DNA of 35,687 nucleotides from Candidatus Nealsonbacteria bacterium (GTDB lineage Bacteria; Patescibacteriota; Minisyncoccia; Minisyncoccales; PWPS01). Location: contig PWII01000074.1 in NCBI GenBank assembly GCA_003561025.1, forward strand, positions 1-35,687. The letters run 5' to 3'. Of this stretch, positions 9,098-16,970 are shown in pieces (within the stretch, counting starts at the first letter, position 1; each line of letters begins with the position of its first letter). The translations under genes were made by a program, and so were the position numbers. The notes below the pieces were generated by a model that had not been told where the DNA came from, ran no database searches, and saw only the letters and a program-made list of their open reading frames with translations.

Positions 9098-9301
9098 ATG
9101 AAGAGTAGAGATATAAGAAAAAAATCAGAAAGTGATATCTTAAAGCTTCTTAAAGAGAAAGAAAAGAAGCTTAAGGATGTGATGTTTTCGGGTGTTGACT
9201 CCAAGTCAAAAAATACCAAAGAGATGCAAGGACTTAGAAGAGATATTGCGAGGATAAAAACAATTTTAAAAGAAGATAAAGAAGAAAAAAATGGCAAATA
9301 A
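9098..9301 (+). CDS. rpmC: 50S ribosomal protein L29 (uL29)
   Basis: 67-aa ORF with L29-like pattern (...RRDIARIKT.L) between rplP and rpsQ. Confidence 0.9.
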   Translation: MKSRDIRKKSESDILKLLKEKEKKLKDVMFSGVDSKSKNTKEMQGLRRDIARIKTILKEDKEEKNGK

Positions 9302-9527
9302 AATTCAAGGGACTATTGTTTCCGACAAAATGAATAAGACTGTTGTGGTTGAAGTTGAGAGAGTAAAAGAACATCCGAGATATAAGAAGAGATATAGAGT
9401 GCATAAAAGATATAAAGCGCATGACGAAAATGAGCAGTTCAAGACAGGGGACAAGGTTATAATTGAAGAGACAAGACCGATATCAAGAGACAAAAGGTGG
9501 AAGGTGGTCTCAAAGGTTGAAAAGTAA
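9291..9527 (+). CDS. rpsQ: 30S ribosomal protein S17 (uS17)
   Basis: 78-aa ORF with G.VVSDKM.KT.VV.VER...HP.Y.K....K.Y.AHDE motifs. Overlaps rpmC by 11 nt. Confidence 0.95.
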   Translation: MANKIQGTIVSDKMNKTVVVEVERVKEHPRYKKRYRVHKRYKAHDENEQFKTGDKVIIEETRPISRDKRWKVVSKVEK

Positions 9528-9564
9528 TTGGAAAGTTATATTTTAGTATAAATATTTTATTTAA

Positions 9565-9936
9565 ATGATTCAGACAGAAACAATTTTAAAAATAGCAGAT
9601 AATGCAGGAGGGAAAGAGATTCAGTGTTTTAGAGTTCTTGGAGGAACAAGGCGTCGTTATGCAAGGATTGGTGATATTATAGTTGCTGCGGTTAAAAAGG
9701 CTGAACCGAGAAAGAGTGTAAAGAAACACGATGTTGTAAGAGCCGTCATAGTTAGGCAGAAGTATAATTTTAGAAGAAAAGACGGTTCGTATATTAGGTT
9801 TGATGAAAATGCTGCAGTTGTACTCGATGGAAAGACAAAGAAGCCTAGGGGAGGAAGAATCTTCGGCCCTGTTCCGAGAGAGCTCGCAGACAAAGGTTTT
9901 AAGGAGATTATAACGATGGCAAAAGAGGTTGTATAA
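9565..9936 (+). CDS. rplN: 50S ribosomal protein L14 (uL14)
   Basis: 123-aa ORF with MIQ.ET.L..ADN.G, A..GD.IV and IRFD.NA.V motifs. Confidence 0.96.
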   Translation: MIQTETILKIADNAGGKEIQCFRVLGGTRRRYARIGDIIVAAVKKAEPRKSVKKHDVVRAVIVRQKYNFRRKDGSYIRFDENAAVVLDGKTKKPRGGRIFGPVPRELADKGFKEIITMAKEVV

Positions 9937-9957
9937 AGAGATTTATTCGCAAAAAAT

Positions 9958-10269
9958 ATGAAGATAAAAAAAGATGATACAGTTTTAATAATTACCGGAA
10001 AGGACCGCGGAAAGAAGGGGAAGGTTTTGCATGTTTTTCCAAAAGATGAAAAGGTTTCCGTAGAGGGTGTAAATCTTTTAAAAAAGCATATTTCTCCCGA
10101 AAAGCAAAGACAGCAACAGAAAGGGAAGAAAGTCGGTCAGATTGTAGAGTTTCCTGCTCCAATTTCGGCCTCAAATGTGAAGTTAATTTGCACAAAATGT
10201 AATAAAAGTACAAGAGTCAGTATGGAAAAGAGAGAGAGGACCTGCAAAAAATGTAACCAAAAAATATAA
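9958..10269 (+). CDS. rplX: 50S ribosomal protein L24 (uL24), C-terminal CxxC...CxxC variant
   Basis: 103-aa ORF with KIKKDDTV.IITGKDRGKKGKV KOW motif. The C-terminus CTKC-x14-CKKC suggests a zinc-ribbon-like tail. Confidence 0.94.
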   Translation: MKIKKDDTVLIITGKDRGKKGKVLHVFPKDEKVSVEGVNLLKKHISPEKQRQQQKGKKVGQIVEFPAPISASNVKLICTKCNKSTRVSMEKRERTCKKCNQKI

Positions 10270-10271
10270 TA

Positions 10272-10826
10272 ATGCAAAGCTTAAGAGAAAAATATAGTAA
10301 GGTTATTGCCCCAAAGCTTCAAAAAGAGTTTGGATTAAAGAATCTCTTTTCTTCTCCACGAGTAAAGAAGATTGTTATTAATGTCGGTGTCGGGAGATGG
10401 GTAATAAAGGATACAGGAAGAAGAGATGAGGTTTTAAAGAAGGTTTCAGATGATCTCGCTCTTATAACAGGACAAAAGCCTCAGATAAGACCGGCAAAGC
10501 AATCAATTTCCGGATTTAGTTTAAGAGAAGGGATGCCTATAGGGCTTAAAGTGACATTACGTAGAAAAAGAATGTATGATTTTTTGGATAAACTTATAAA
10601 TATTACTCTTCCGCGAGTAAGAGATTTTCAAGGAGTGAAAAAATCAAAGATAGATAGAGATGGCAACATAACTATTGGAATTGACGAACAGCTCGTCTTT
10701 TCGGAGATTTCTGCTGATGATACCGATTTCTTTTTTGGGATGGAGATTACGATAGTAACATCGGCAAAGGATAGAGAACAAGGAGAAAAACTTTTAAGAG
10801 AGATTGGATTTCCTTTAACTTCCTAA
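10272..10826 (+). CDS. rplE: 50S ribosomal protein L5 (uL5)
   Basis: 184-aa ORF with L5-like sequence (P...KIV.N.GVG; ITGQKP; F.LREGMPIG.KVTLR...MY.FLDKL) at the conserved position. Confidence 0.96.
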   Translation: MQSLREKYSKVIAPKLQKEFGLKNLFSSPRVKKIVINVGVGRWVIKDTGRRDEVLKKVSDDLALITGQKPQIRPAKQSISGFSLREGMPIGLKVTLRRKRMYDFLDKLINITLPRVRDFQGVKKSKIDRDGNITIGIDEQLVFSEISADDTDFFFGMEITIVTSAKDREQGEKLLREIGFPLTS

Positions 10827-10843
10827 TTTTATATTCCTAAAAT

Positions 10844-11026
10844 ATGGCAAAAAAATCAAAAATAGAAAAATCAAAAGAGAAGCCAAAATTTATTACAAGA
10901 ACGAATAGACGTTGTTTTAAATGTGGAAGGCCGAGGGGAGTTATTAGAAAATTTGAGCTTTGCAGAATATGTTTTCGTGAAATGGCAAACAAAGGAGAAG
11001 TTCCCGGAATTAGGAAAGCGAGCTAA
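10844..11026 (+). CDS. rpsN: 30S ribosomal protein S14, short zinc-binding type (uS14 type Z)
   Basis: 60-aa ORF with CFKCGRPRG....F.LCRICFRE (CxxC...CxxC). Confidence 0.95.
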   Translation: MAKKSKIEKSKEKPKFITRTNRRCFKCGRPRGVIRKFELCRICFREMANKGEVPGIRKAS

Positions 11027-11051
11027 AGTCTAATTTAATTAATCCTAAAAT

Positions 11052-11447
11052 ATGTACACAGACCCAATCGCAGATATGTTAAATAGAATTAGAACCGCAC
11101 AAATGGTTTCTAAGAAAGTAGTGGATATTCCTTTTTCAAAAGAGAAATATAGCATTGCCGAGTGCATGAAAAATGCAGGTTTTGTAGAAAATATTGCCAA
11201 AAAGAAGAAGGAAAACTTAAAATACTTGAGAGTCTATTTAAAATATAACGAGAATAATGAGCCTGTAATTCAGGAGATTAAGAGAATATCTTCACCGGGA
11301 CAGAGGATATATGTAAAATCAAAAGAATTAAAAAAGATAAGGGGAGGGGCCGGTATTTCAATTATCTCTTCTTCCAAGGGCTTAATGACAAACAGAGAAG
11401 CCAAAGAGAAGAATTTAGGGGGAGAGGTGCTTTGTGAAGTATGGTAA
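11052..11447 (+). CDS. rpsH: 30S ribosomal protein S8 (uS8)
   Basis: 131-aa ORF with TDPIADMLNRIRTA and a GGEVLCEVW C-terminus. Confidence 0.96.
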   Translation: MYTDPIADMLNRIRTAQMVSKKVVDIPFSKEKYSIAECMKNAGFVENIAKKKKENLKYLRVYLKYNENNEPVIQEIKRISSPGQRIYVKSKELKKIRGGAGISIISSSKGLMTNREAKEKNLGGEVLCEVW

Positions 11448-11472
11448 AAATATACATTTATAATTTTTCAAT

Positions 11473-12009
11473 ATGTCAAGAGTAGGAAAAAAACCAATAG
11501 AAATTCCAGACGGAGTAGAAGTAAATATTGAAGGTGACAAGATTACGGCAAAAGGCCCTAAAGGTGAGCTTAGCCTTTTTCTTGTTGATGATATTTTAGT
11601 ACAAAAGGAAGATAATAGGATAGTAGTTTCCAAAAAGAGAGAAAATAAGAATAGCAAGGCGATGTGGGGAACAACAAGGTCACTAGTTTCCAATATAATT
11701 AAAGGTGTAGAGAGTGGTTATACAAAAGAGTTGCAAGTAAAAGGAGTCGGTTATAGAGCAGAGGTTCAAGGCAATAAGTTAATTCTTAAGGTTGGTTTTT
11801 CACACCCGGTGGAGATAGAAAAGCCAGAAGGAATAGATTTTGCCATTACTAAAGATATAATCTCTGTTTCGGGAGCAGAGAAAGAGCTAGTCGGAAGAGT
11901 TGCTGCAAAGATAAGAAGCGTTAGACCTCCCGAACCGTATAAAGGAAAAGGAATTAGATATAAAGATGAGTTAGTGGTAATAAAAGAAGGTAAAAAGAGT
12001 GTAGGATAA
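11473..12009 (+). CDS. rplF: 50S ribosomal protein L6 (uL6)
   Basis: 178-aa ORF with [15 protein letters not shown] and G.GYRA motifs; [11 protein letters not shown] near the C-terminus. Confidence 0.96.
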   Translation: MSRVGKKPIEIPDGVEVNIEGDKITAKGPKGELSLFLVDDILVQKEDNRIVVSKKRENKNSKAMWGTTRSLVSNIIKGVESGYTKELQVKGVGYRAEVQGNKLILKVGFSHPVEIEKPEGIDFAITKDIISVSGAEKELVGRVAAKIRSVRPPEPYKGKGIRYKDELVVIKEGKKSVG

Positions 12010-12029
12010 GATTAAAATTATTAAGACTT

Positions 12030-12374
12030 ATGACAGATAAAGCAAAGTTAAAAAAGAGACATAAGGCAATCAGATCTCGTATTGCCGGAACAAAAGAGAG
12101 ACCACGACTGGTTGTTTTTCGTTCTCTTAAGCATATCTATGCTCAGCTTATTGATGACAGCGAGGGAAAAGTTATTCTTTCCTCTAATGACTTTAATATT
12201 GAGAAGAAAGAGAAGGGAAAAATTGCGCCTGCTTTTGAGCTTGGCAGGGAGATTGCTAAAAAAGCAAAAGAGAAAAAGATAGAGAGCGTTGTTTTTGACA
12301 GAAGAGGCTATCTATATCACGGAAGAGTAAAGGCCGTCGCTGAAGGAGCCAGAAAAGAAGGATTAAAATTTTAA
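12030..12374 (+). CDS. rplR: 50S ribosomal protein L18 (uL18)
   Basis: 114-aa ORF with [19 protein letters not shown] and VVFDR.GY.YHGRVKA.AEGAR..GL.F motifs. Confidence 0.96.
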   Translation: MTDKAKLKKRHKAIRSRIAGTKERPRLVVFRSLKHIYAQLIDDSEGKVILSSNDFNIEKKEKGKIAPAFELGREIAKKAKEKKIESVVFDRRGYLYHGRVKAVAEGARKEGLKF

Positions 12375-12391
12375 TTTTTTATATATTAAAG

Positions 12392-12976
12392 ATGAGAAAA
12401 AAGGAAATAAAAAAAGAGTTTGACAACGAAGTTCTATCTATAAGCAGAGTTGAAAGGATGACTGCGGGGGGAAGGAGGTTGAGGTTTAGAACGCTTGTTG
12501 TTGTGGGTAATAAAAAAGGAAAGGTGGGAATTGGACTCGCTAAGGGTAAGGATGTTCAGCAAGCGATAGAAAAGGCTGTAAAAAAAGCAGAGAAGAACAT
12601 AGTTGTTGTTCCGATTAAGAGAGGAGGAACTATTCCACACGAAGTAAAGGCAAAGTTTGGGGCTGCCGTAATACTACTTAAACCTCAGACCGAAGGGAGA
12701 GGTCTTGTTGCCGGTGGCACGGTTAGAACAATATGTGCTCTTGTTGGAATAGATAATATCTCCGGAAAGATTTTGGGAAATACAAGAAACAAGATAAATA
12801 ATGCAAAAGCGACAATAAAAGCTCTTCAAAAACTGAAATTTAGAGAGGATAAAAAAGATGGCGATAATGACAAAAAAGAGACCTTAAAAGAGGACAGTAA
12901 AAAAGAGCCAAAAAAAGAAAACAAGGAATTGGGTGTGAAAATGAATAAAAAAGAGATAAGAAAAGAAGAAAAATAA
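12392..12976 (+). CDS. rpsE: 30S ribosomal protein S5 (uS5) with a roughly 45-aa Lys/Glu-rich C-terminal extension
   Basis: 194-aa ORF whose core matches S5 (V.RV.KMT.GGRR.RF...VVVGN..G.VG.G.GK; G.GLVAGG.VR). The tail from about aa 150 is K/E/D low complexity. Confidence 0.95.
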   Translation: MRKKEIKKEFDNEVLSISRVERMTAGGRRLRFRTLVVVGNKKGKVGIGLAKGKDVQQAIEKAVKKAEKNIVVVPIKRGGTIPHEVKAKFGAAVILLKPQTEGRGLVAGGTVRTICALVGIDNISGKILGNTRNKINNAKATIKALQKLKFREDKKDGDNDKKETLKEDSKKEPKKENKELGVKMNKKEIRKEEK

Positions 12977-12987
12977 ATATATCAATT

Positions 12988-13548
12988 ATGCAGATTCACG
13001 AAGTAAAGCCAAAAAATAAGGCACAAAAGAAAAAGCGTATTGGCCGAGGCGGAAAGAGAGGAACCTATTCCGGAAAAGGAATAAAGGGGCAGAATTCTCG
13101 AGCAGGGACAAGAAAGATGAAGCCTTTAATTAGGGAGTCTCTTAAGCGTTATCCAAAGCTCAGAGGCTACAATTTTTCTGCTACAAAAAAGGCATATGTT
13201 TTTAACATTGCAACCTTGGATAAGTTTTTTGATGACGGTAGCGATATTAATCCAAAAAGCATCTTAAAGAAGGGACTGGTTCCAAAGGGAAGCAGAAAGA
13301 TGATAAAAGTGCTTGGAAATGGAGATACAAAAAAGAAATTTTATATAAAGAGCTGTCTTGTTTCGGAAAATGCAAAAAAGATTATCCTTAAGAGAGGAGG
13401 AACAGTTTCGGAAATAAAAGAAAAAGAGAAGGAAGAGAGAGGTAAAAAAGAGGGAGAGTCTCAGCAAAAGAAAAAGCAGAGCGAAAAGAAAGAAGAAGAG
13501 AGCAAAGAGAAAGAGAGTAAAGAGGTTAAGAAAAAAAAGAAACCATAA
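12988..13548 (+). CDS. rplO: 50S ribosomal protein L15 (uL15) with a roughly 45-aa Lys/Glu-rich C-terminal extension. It starts 11 nt after rpsE, so there is no L30 gene.
   Basis: 186-aa ORF with KKKRIGRGGKRGTYSGKG.KGQ..R.G motif. Tail is EKEKEERGKKEGESQQKKKQSEKKEEESKEKESKEVKKKKKP. Confidence 0.94.
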   Translation: MQIHEVKPKNKAQKKKRIGRGGKRGTYSGKGIKGQNSRAGTRKMKPLIRESLKRYPKLRGYNFSATKKAYVFNIATLDKFFDDGSDINPKSILKKGLVPKGSRKMIKVLGNGDTKKKFYIKSCLVSENAKKIILKRGGTVSEIKEKEKEERGKKEGESQQKKKQSEKKEEESKEKESKEVKKKKKP

Positions 13549-13569
13549 TAGAAAAATTATTATAGATAT

Positions 13570-14850
13570 ATGTTGTCAAAAATAGTAAAAATATTCCAGA
13601 TTAGTGACCTTAGAAACAGGATTCTTTTTGTTCTTGGAGCTTTTGCTGTTTTTCGATTTATGGCAAATATTCCGATGCCCGGATTTGATGCTGAAAGAAT
13701 GAGAGAACTTTTTGAACAATTTCAGATGTTTCAATTCGCCGACCTTCTTGTTGGAGGTACTCTTGATCAATTTTCTATCGTTATGCTTGGTCTTGGACCC
13801 TATATTACAGCAGTAATTGTTATTCAGCTACTTACTTTAGTCTGGCCGGCACTTAAGAAGATGCAGAGCGAAGAGGGAGATGCAGGAAGGCAAAAGGTGA
13901 ATCAATATGGAAGAATGTTGACTGTTCCTTTTGCTTTGGGACAGACATTTGGTATGCTTACTCTTTTTCAAAATCAAGGAGTTCTCCCGGCACTTGATAT
14001 TATGGAGATTATAACAATCTTATCGGTTATTACAGCAGGAACAGTCTTCTTGATGTGGATAGGAGAACTTATTACGGAAAAAGGAATTGGAAACGGAGTC
14101 TCTTTAATGATTTTTGCCGGTATCATATCCTCCGTTCCTGCAAATATCGGACAGGTGATAAGGGATATCACCTTTAATCCCGATATGGTGCCTATGTATA
14201 TCTTATTCTTATTATTAGCAATTCCTATTATAGCATCCGTTGTTCATGTTAATGAAGCACGAAGAAATATTCCAGTCTCTTATGCAAGACGTGTAAGAGG
14301 AAGAAAGATTTATGGAGGAGCATCCACCTATCTGCCACTTACTCTTAATCCGGCAGGAGTTATTCCTATTATTTTTGCAATGTCACTTGTCGTTATTCCG
14401 TCAATGCTTGTCGGCTTTTTGGTTGGAGTAGAAGGAATTGTGGGAAGTATTGCACAAAGTGTTTCTCTGTTTTTGGACAATACACTCGTCTATGGAGGAC
14501 TGATATTTGTTTTGGTCTGCCTCTTTACCTATTTTTATACCGCTGTAACATTTGATCCGAAAACGATATCGGAGAATTTACAAAAAATGGGAGGTTTTGT
14601 TCCCGGAATAAGACCGGGGAAGTCGACGGCAAACCATATTAGCTATATTTTAAATAGAGTTCTGCTTGTAGGAGCGTTGTTTTTGGCTACTGTGGCAGTA
14701 TTGCCGATGGCGATATCCGGATTAACCGATGTGGGGGCATTTGGCTTTCTTATCGGAGGTGCATCTTTAATCATTATTGTGAGTGTTGTTTTAGAAACTA
14801 TACGGCAAATTAATGCACAACTACAGATGAGAGAGTATGAGACGATATAA
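13570..14850 (+). CDS. secY: Preprotein translocase subunit SecY
   Basis: 426-aa multi-pass membrane ORF with LGLGPYITA.I..QLL, GELITEKGIGNG.SL.IF.GI and YA.R...R..YGG motifs at the conserved rplO-secY position. Confidence 0.97.
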   Translation: MLSKIVKIFQISDLRNRILFVLGAFAVFRFMANIPMPGFDAERMRELFEQFQMFQFADLLVGGTLDQFSIVMLGLGPYITAVIVIQLLTLVWPALKKMQSEEGDAGRQKVNQYGRMLTVPFALGQTFGMLTLFQNQGVLPALDIMEIITILSVITAGTVFLMWIGELITEKGIGNGVSLMIFAGIISSVPANIGQVIRDITFNPDMVPMYILFLLLAIPIIASVVHVNEARRNIPVSYARRVRGRKIYGGASTYLPLTLNPAGVIPIIFAMSLVVIPSMLVGFLVGVEGIVGSIAQSVSLFLDNTLVYGGLIFVLVCLFTYFYTAVTFDPKTISENLQKMGGFVPGIRPGKSTANHISYILNRVLLVGALFLATVAVLPMAISGLTDVGAFGFLIGGASLIIIVSVVLETIRQINAQLQMREYETI

Positions 14851-14917
14851 GTATCTTTATTTAGTAAAGCTTATTTATCTTTTAATCCTTCTCATTAAAA
14901 AGTAATTTTTTTATATT

Positions 14918-15619
14918 ATGTCCAAAGATAAGCTTGTTATTCTCTTTGGGGCACCCGGCTCCGGGAAAAGTGTGCAGAGCAATCTTCTTACAGAAAAGAG
15001 AAAGATGTTGCGTCTTGAATCGAGTAAGGCGCTAGAGAAAGTATTTCTCAATACAAAAGAGAAAGAGATAGAGATTAATGACACAATATATAATCTGGAA
15101 GAGCAGGAAAAGAGATGGAGGGAAGGCTTTTTATGTGAAGATGAATTTGTCTCTTTTGTGATAAAAGATAATTTAGATAAATTAAGAGAAAAGGAAGAGA
15201 CGATTCTTATTGACGGATATCCGAGAACAGAGAGTCAAGCCAAGATTGCAGTCCCTATCTTTTTGTCTTATTATTCTGTTTCTGATATTCTTGTTATTTT
15301 TTTAAATGTAGATGAAGAAGAATCGATTAAGAGAAATACAAATAGAAGAGTCTGCTCTTTAATGCGTCACTCTATTATTGACACCAAAGAGACTAAAAAT
15401 TTAACAATCTGCCCTATTGATGGCTCTTCTCTTGAAAGGAGAGCAATGGATGAAGAGAAGATAATCAAAAAGAGATTAAGATTATTTAAAGAAAAGACTT
15501 TTCCTGTTCTTGACTATTTTGCTTCACAAAAGATTACCACGATTCATGTTGACGGGTCAGGGACAATTAGCGATGTCTTCTTTAGAACTCTTAAGGAGAT
15601 TGAAGATTTTGGCGTATGA
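14918..15619 (+). CDS. Divergent adenylate-kinase-family NMP kinase, long type with a degenerate Zn-LID
   Basis: 233-aa ORF with GAPGSGKS P-loop, ILIDGYPRT and LID segment RRVCSLMRH...ICPIDGSSLERRAMDE. The NMP-binding motifs are atypical. Located at the adk position after secY. Confidence 0.75.
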   Translation: MSKDKLVILFGAPGSGKSVQSNLLTEKRKMLRLESSKALEKVFLNTKEKEIEINDTIYNLEEQEKRWREGFLCEDEFVSFVIKDNLDKLREKEETILIDGYPRTESQAKIAVPIFLSYYSVSDILVIFLNVDEEESIKRNTNRRVCSLMRHSIIDTKETKNLTICPIDGSSLERRAMDEEKIIKKRLRLFKEKTFPVLDYFASQKITTIHVDGSGTISDVFFRTLKEIEDFGV

Positions 15620-16191
15620 ATAGGCCAAGGATTATCTCTCTCATAGGAAGGCCGGGTTCCGGGAAAGGAACTCAGATTGATATGATTGCACGTGATTTTA
15701 GTTTTGCGGTTATAAATACGGGTGAGATGCTTAGAGAGAGAGCAAAAAAGAACGATTTTATCGGAGACAAGATAAAAGATACTCTAAATAGCGGTGGACT
15801 TATTCCTACACCGCTTGTTTTTTCTCTCTGGATGCCAAAGATGGCAGAATTTTACAAAAAGAATTTGCCCGGTATCGTTTTTGATGGAAATCCGAGAAAG
15901 CTTTATGAGGCCTATATGCTGGAAGAAGTTTTTGAGATGTTTGAGTGGAATAATTTTTCTGCCTTTCATATTAAAATCACAGAAGAAGAGGCACACAAGA
16001 GACTAAAAAAAAGAAGGCGTAGTGACGATACGGAAGAAGAGATTAAAAAAAGATTAGAGTGGTTTAAAGAAGAGGTGGAGCCAGTAATTGATTATTATAA
16101 GGAGAAAGGGGTGTTAATAGAAATAGACGGTGAGCAGAGCATTGAAAAGGTAAAAGAGGATATTAAAAAAGAGATAGAAAAAGAGAGATGA
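15616..16191 (+). CDS. adk: Adenylate-kinase-family NMP kinase, short-LID type (AK1 / UMP-CMP-kinase-like architecture)
   Basis: 191-aa ORF with GRPGSGKGTQ, NTGEMLRE, FDGNPRK and short LID KKRRRSDDTEEEIKKRLEWF. ATGA overlap with the preceding kinase gene. The adk symbol is tentative. Confidence 0.8.
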   Translation: MNRPRIISLIGRPGSGKGTQIDMIARDFSFAVINTGEMLRERAKKNDFIGDKIKDTLNSGGLIPTPLVFSLWMPKMAEFYKKNLPGIVFDGNPRKLYEAYMLEEVFEMFEWNNFSAFHIKITEEEAHKRLKKRRRSDDTEEEIKKRLEWFKEEVEPVIDYYKEKGVLIEIDGEQSIEKVKEDIKKEIEKER

Positions 16192-16934
16192 TAAATATAA
16201 AAACCAAGGAGGAAGTGAAGGTTATAAGAGAGGGCGGCAGGATATTAGCGGAAATTGTAAATCAGCTAAAAGAGAGAGTTGTTCCCGGAATTGCGACAGA
16301 AGAATTAAACACTTTAGCCGAAGAGTTAATTTCTAAAAATAAGGTAAAGCCTTCTTTTAAGAACTATAAAGGTTTTCCAAAAGCGCTCTGTGTTAGTATA
16401 AATGAGGTTATTGTTCACGGTATTCCGTCAGAATATATATTAAAGGAGGGCGATATTGCCACCCTTGATTTGGGGGTTTTGCATAAAGGATTTCATACCG
16501 ATATGGCGATAACAGTGCCCGTCGGATCTGTTTCAAGCGATATCTTGAGGCTTATCAGAGAGACAAAAAAAGCCTTAAAGAGAGGAATAAAGAAGATAAG
16601 GCCTGGGAATACGATAGGTGATGTAGAAAATACGATAGGAAGACATATTGAGCGAAGCGGATTTTCTATTATAGAGGGACTTTGTGGGCACGGCATTGGA
16701 AGAAGTGTTCATGAAGAGCCACAGATTTTGAATTATGGAAAAAGAAGAAGCGGCCCCAAAATAAGAGAGGGGATGGTGTTTTGTCTCGAGCCGATGCTCT
16801 CAATGGGTTCAAAAGAGATAGCTCCCAGTGGAGACGGAATGGGAATCAAGACTGCTGATAACTCTCTTTCAGCACAGTTTGAACATACTGTTGCAGTAAC
16901 GGAAAATGGCTCAATCGTGGTGACAGAGCTATAG
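16188..16934 (+). CDS. map: Methionine aminopeptidase, type I
   Basis: 248-aa ORF with VHGIP, the metal ligands in GDIATLDLG....G.HTD and GHGIGRS.HE.P, and FCLEPM / FEHTV motifs. ATGA overlap with the upstream gene. Confidence 0.96.
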   Translation: MINIKTKEEVKVIREGGRILAEIVNQLKERVVPGIATEELNTLAEELISKNKVKPSFKNYKGFPKALCVSINEVIVHGIPSEYILKEGDIATLDLGVLHKGFHTDMAITVPVGSVSSDILRLIRETKKALKRGIKKIRPGNTIGDVENTIGRHIERSGFSIIEGLCGHGIGRSVHEEPQILNYGKRRSGPKIREGMVFCLEPMLSMGSKEIAPSGDGMGIKTADNSLSAQFEHTVAVTENGSIVVTEL

Positions 16935-16935
16935 T

Positions 16936-16964
16936 TTTACATTTTTTATTATTTTTAATATAAT
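16936..16964 (+). promoter_or_regulatory. Sigma70-type promoter candidate (TTTACA-17 nt-TATAAT) placed so that transcription would start at or next to the galT-like ATG (leaderless or near-leaderless)
   Basis: TTTACA at 16936-16941 and TATAAT at 16959-16964 with 17-nt spacing. Only 6 nt separate the -10 element from ATG 16971. The AT-rich background lowers specificity. Confidence 0.4.
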
Positions 16965-16970
16965 ACAAAT

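Noticed and set aside
8863-9297. 144-aa minus-strand ORF antisense to rplP/rpmC. The same applies to many other 60-120-aa minus-strand ORFs in the track, e.g. 1199-1414, 3892-4194, 7037-7348, 16955-17236, 32816-33154.
   Set aside because: All lie entirely antisense to strongly supported conserved genes. They have Ser/Leu/Phe-rich low-complexity composition, as expected from the reverse complement of GAA/AAG-rich coding sequence, and show no recognisable motifs. They are shadow ORFs.
10835-11051. Shared tcctaaaatATG context upstream of rpsN (10835-10843) and rpsH (11043-11051)
   Set aside because: It is only 9 nt, AT-rich and seen twice, so it is compatible with chance or generic A-rich initiation regions. 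It is not evidence for a specific motif.
12082-12282. Plus-strand alternative-frame ORFs nested inside real genes (12082-12282 in rplR, 495-740 across rpsL/rpsG, 15794-16006 in adk-like 2, 21048-21314 in the 401-aa ORF, 31704-31913 in proS, 17818-18084 at the galT end)
   Set aside because: They have no homology signal and odd composition, and they overlap genes whose own frames are strongly supported. I treated them as chance open frames.
12839-12987. Possibility that L30 is fused to or hidden in the S5 C-terminal tail
   Set aside because: The tail is pure K/E/D low complexity with no resemblance to the L30 fold sequence pattern.
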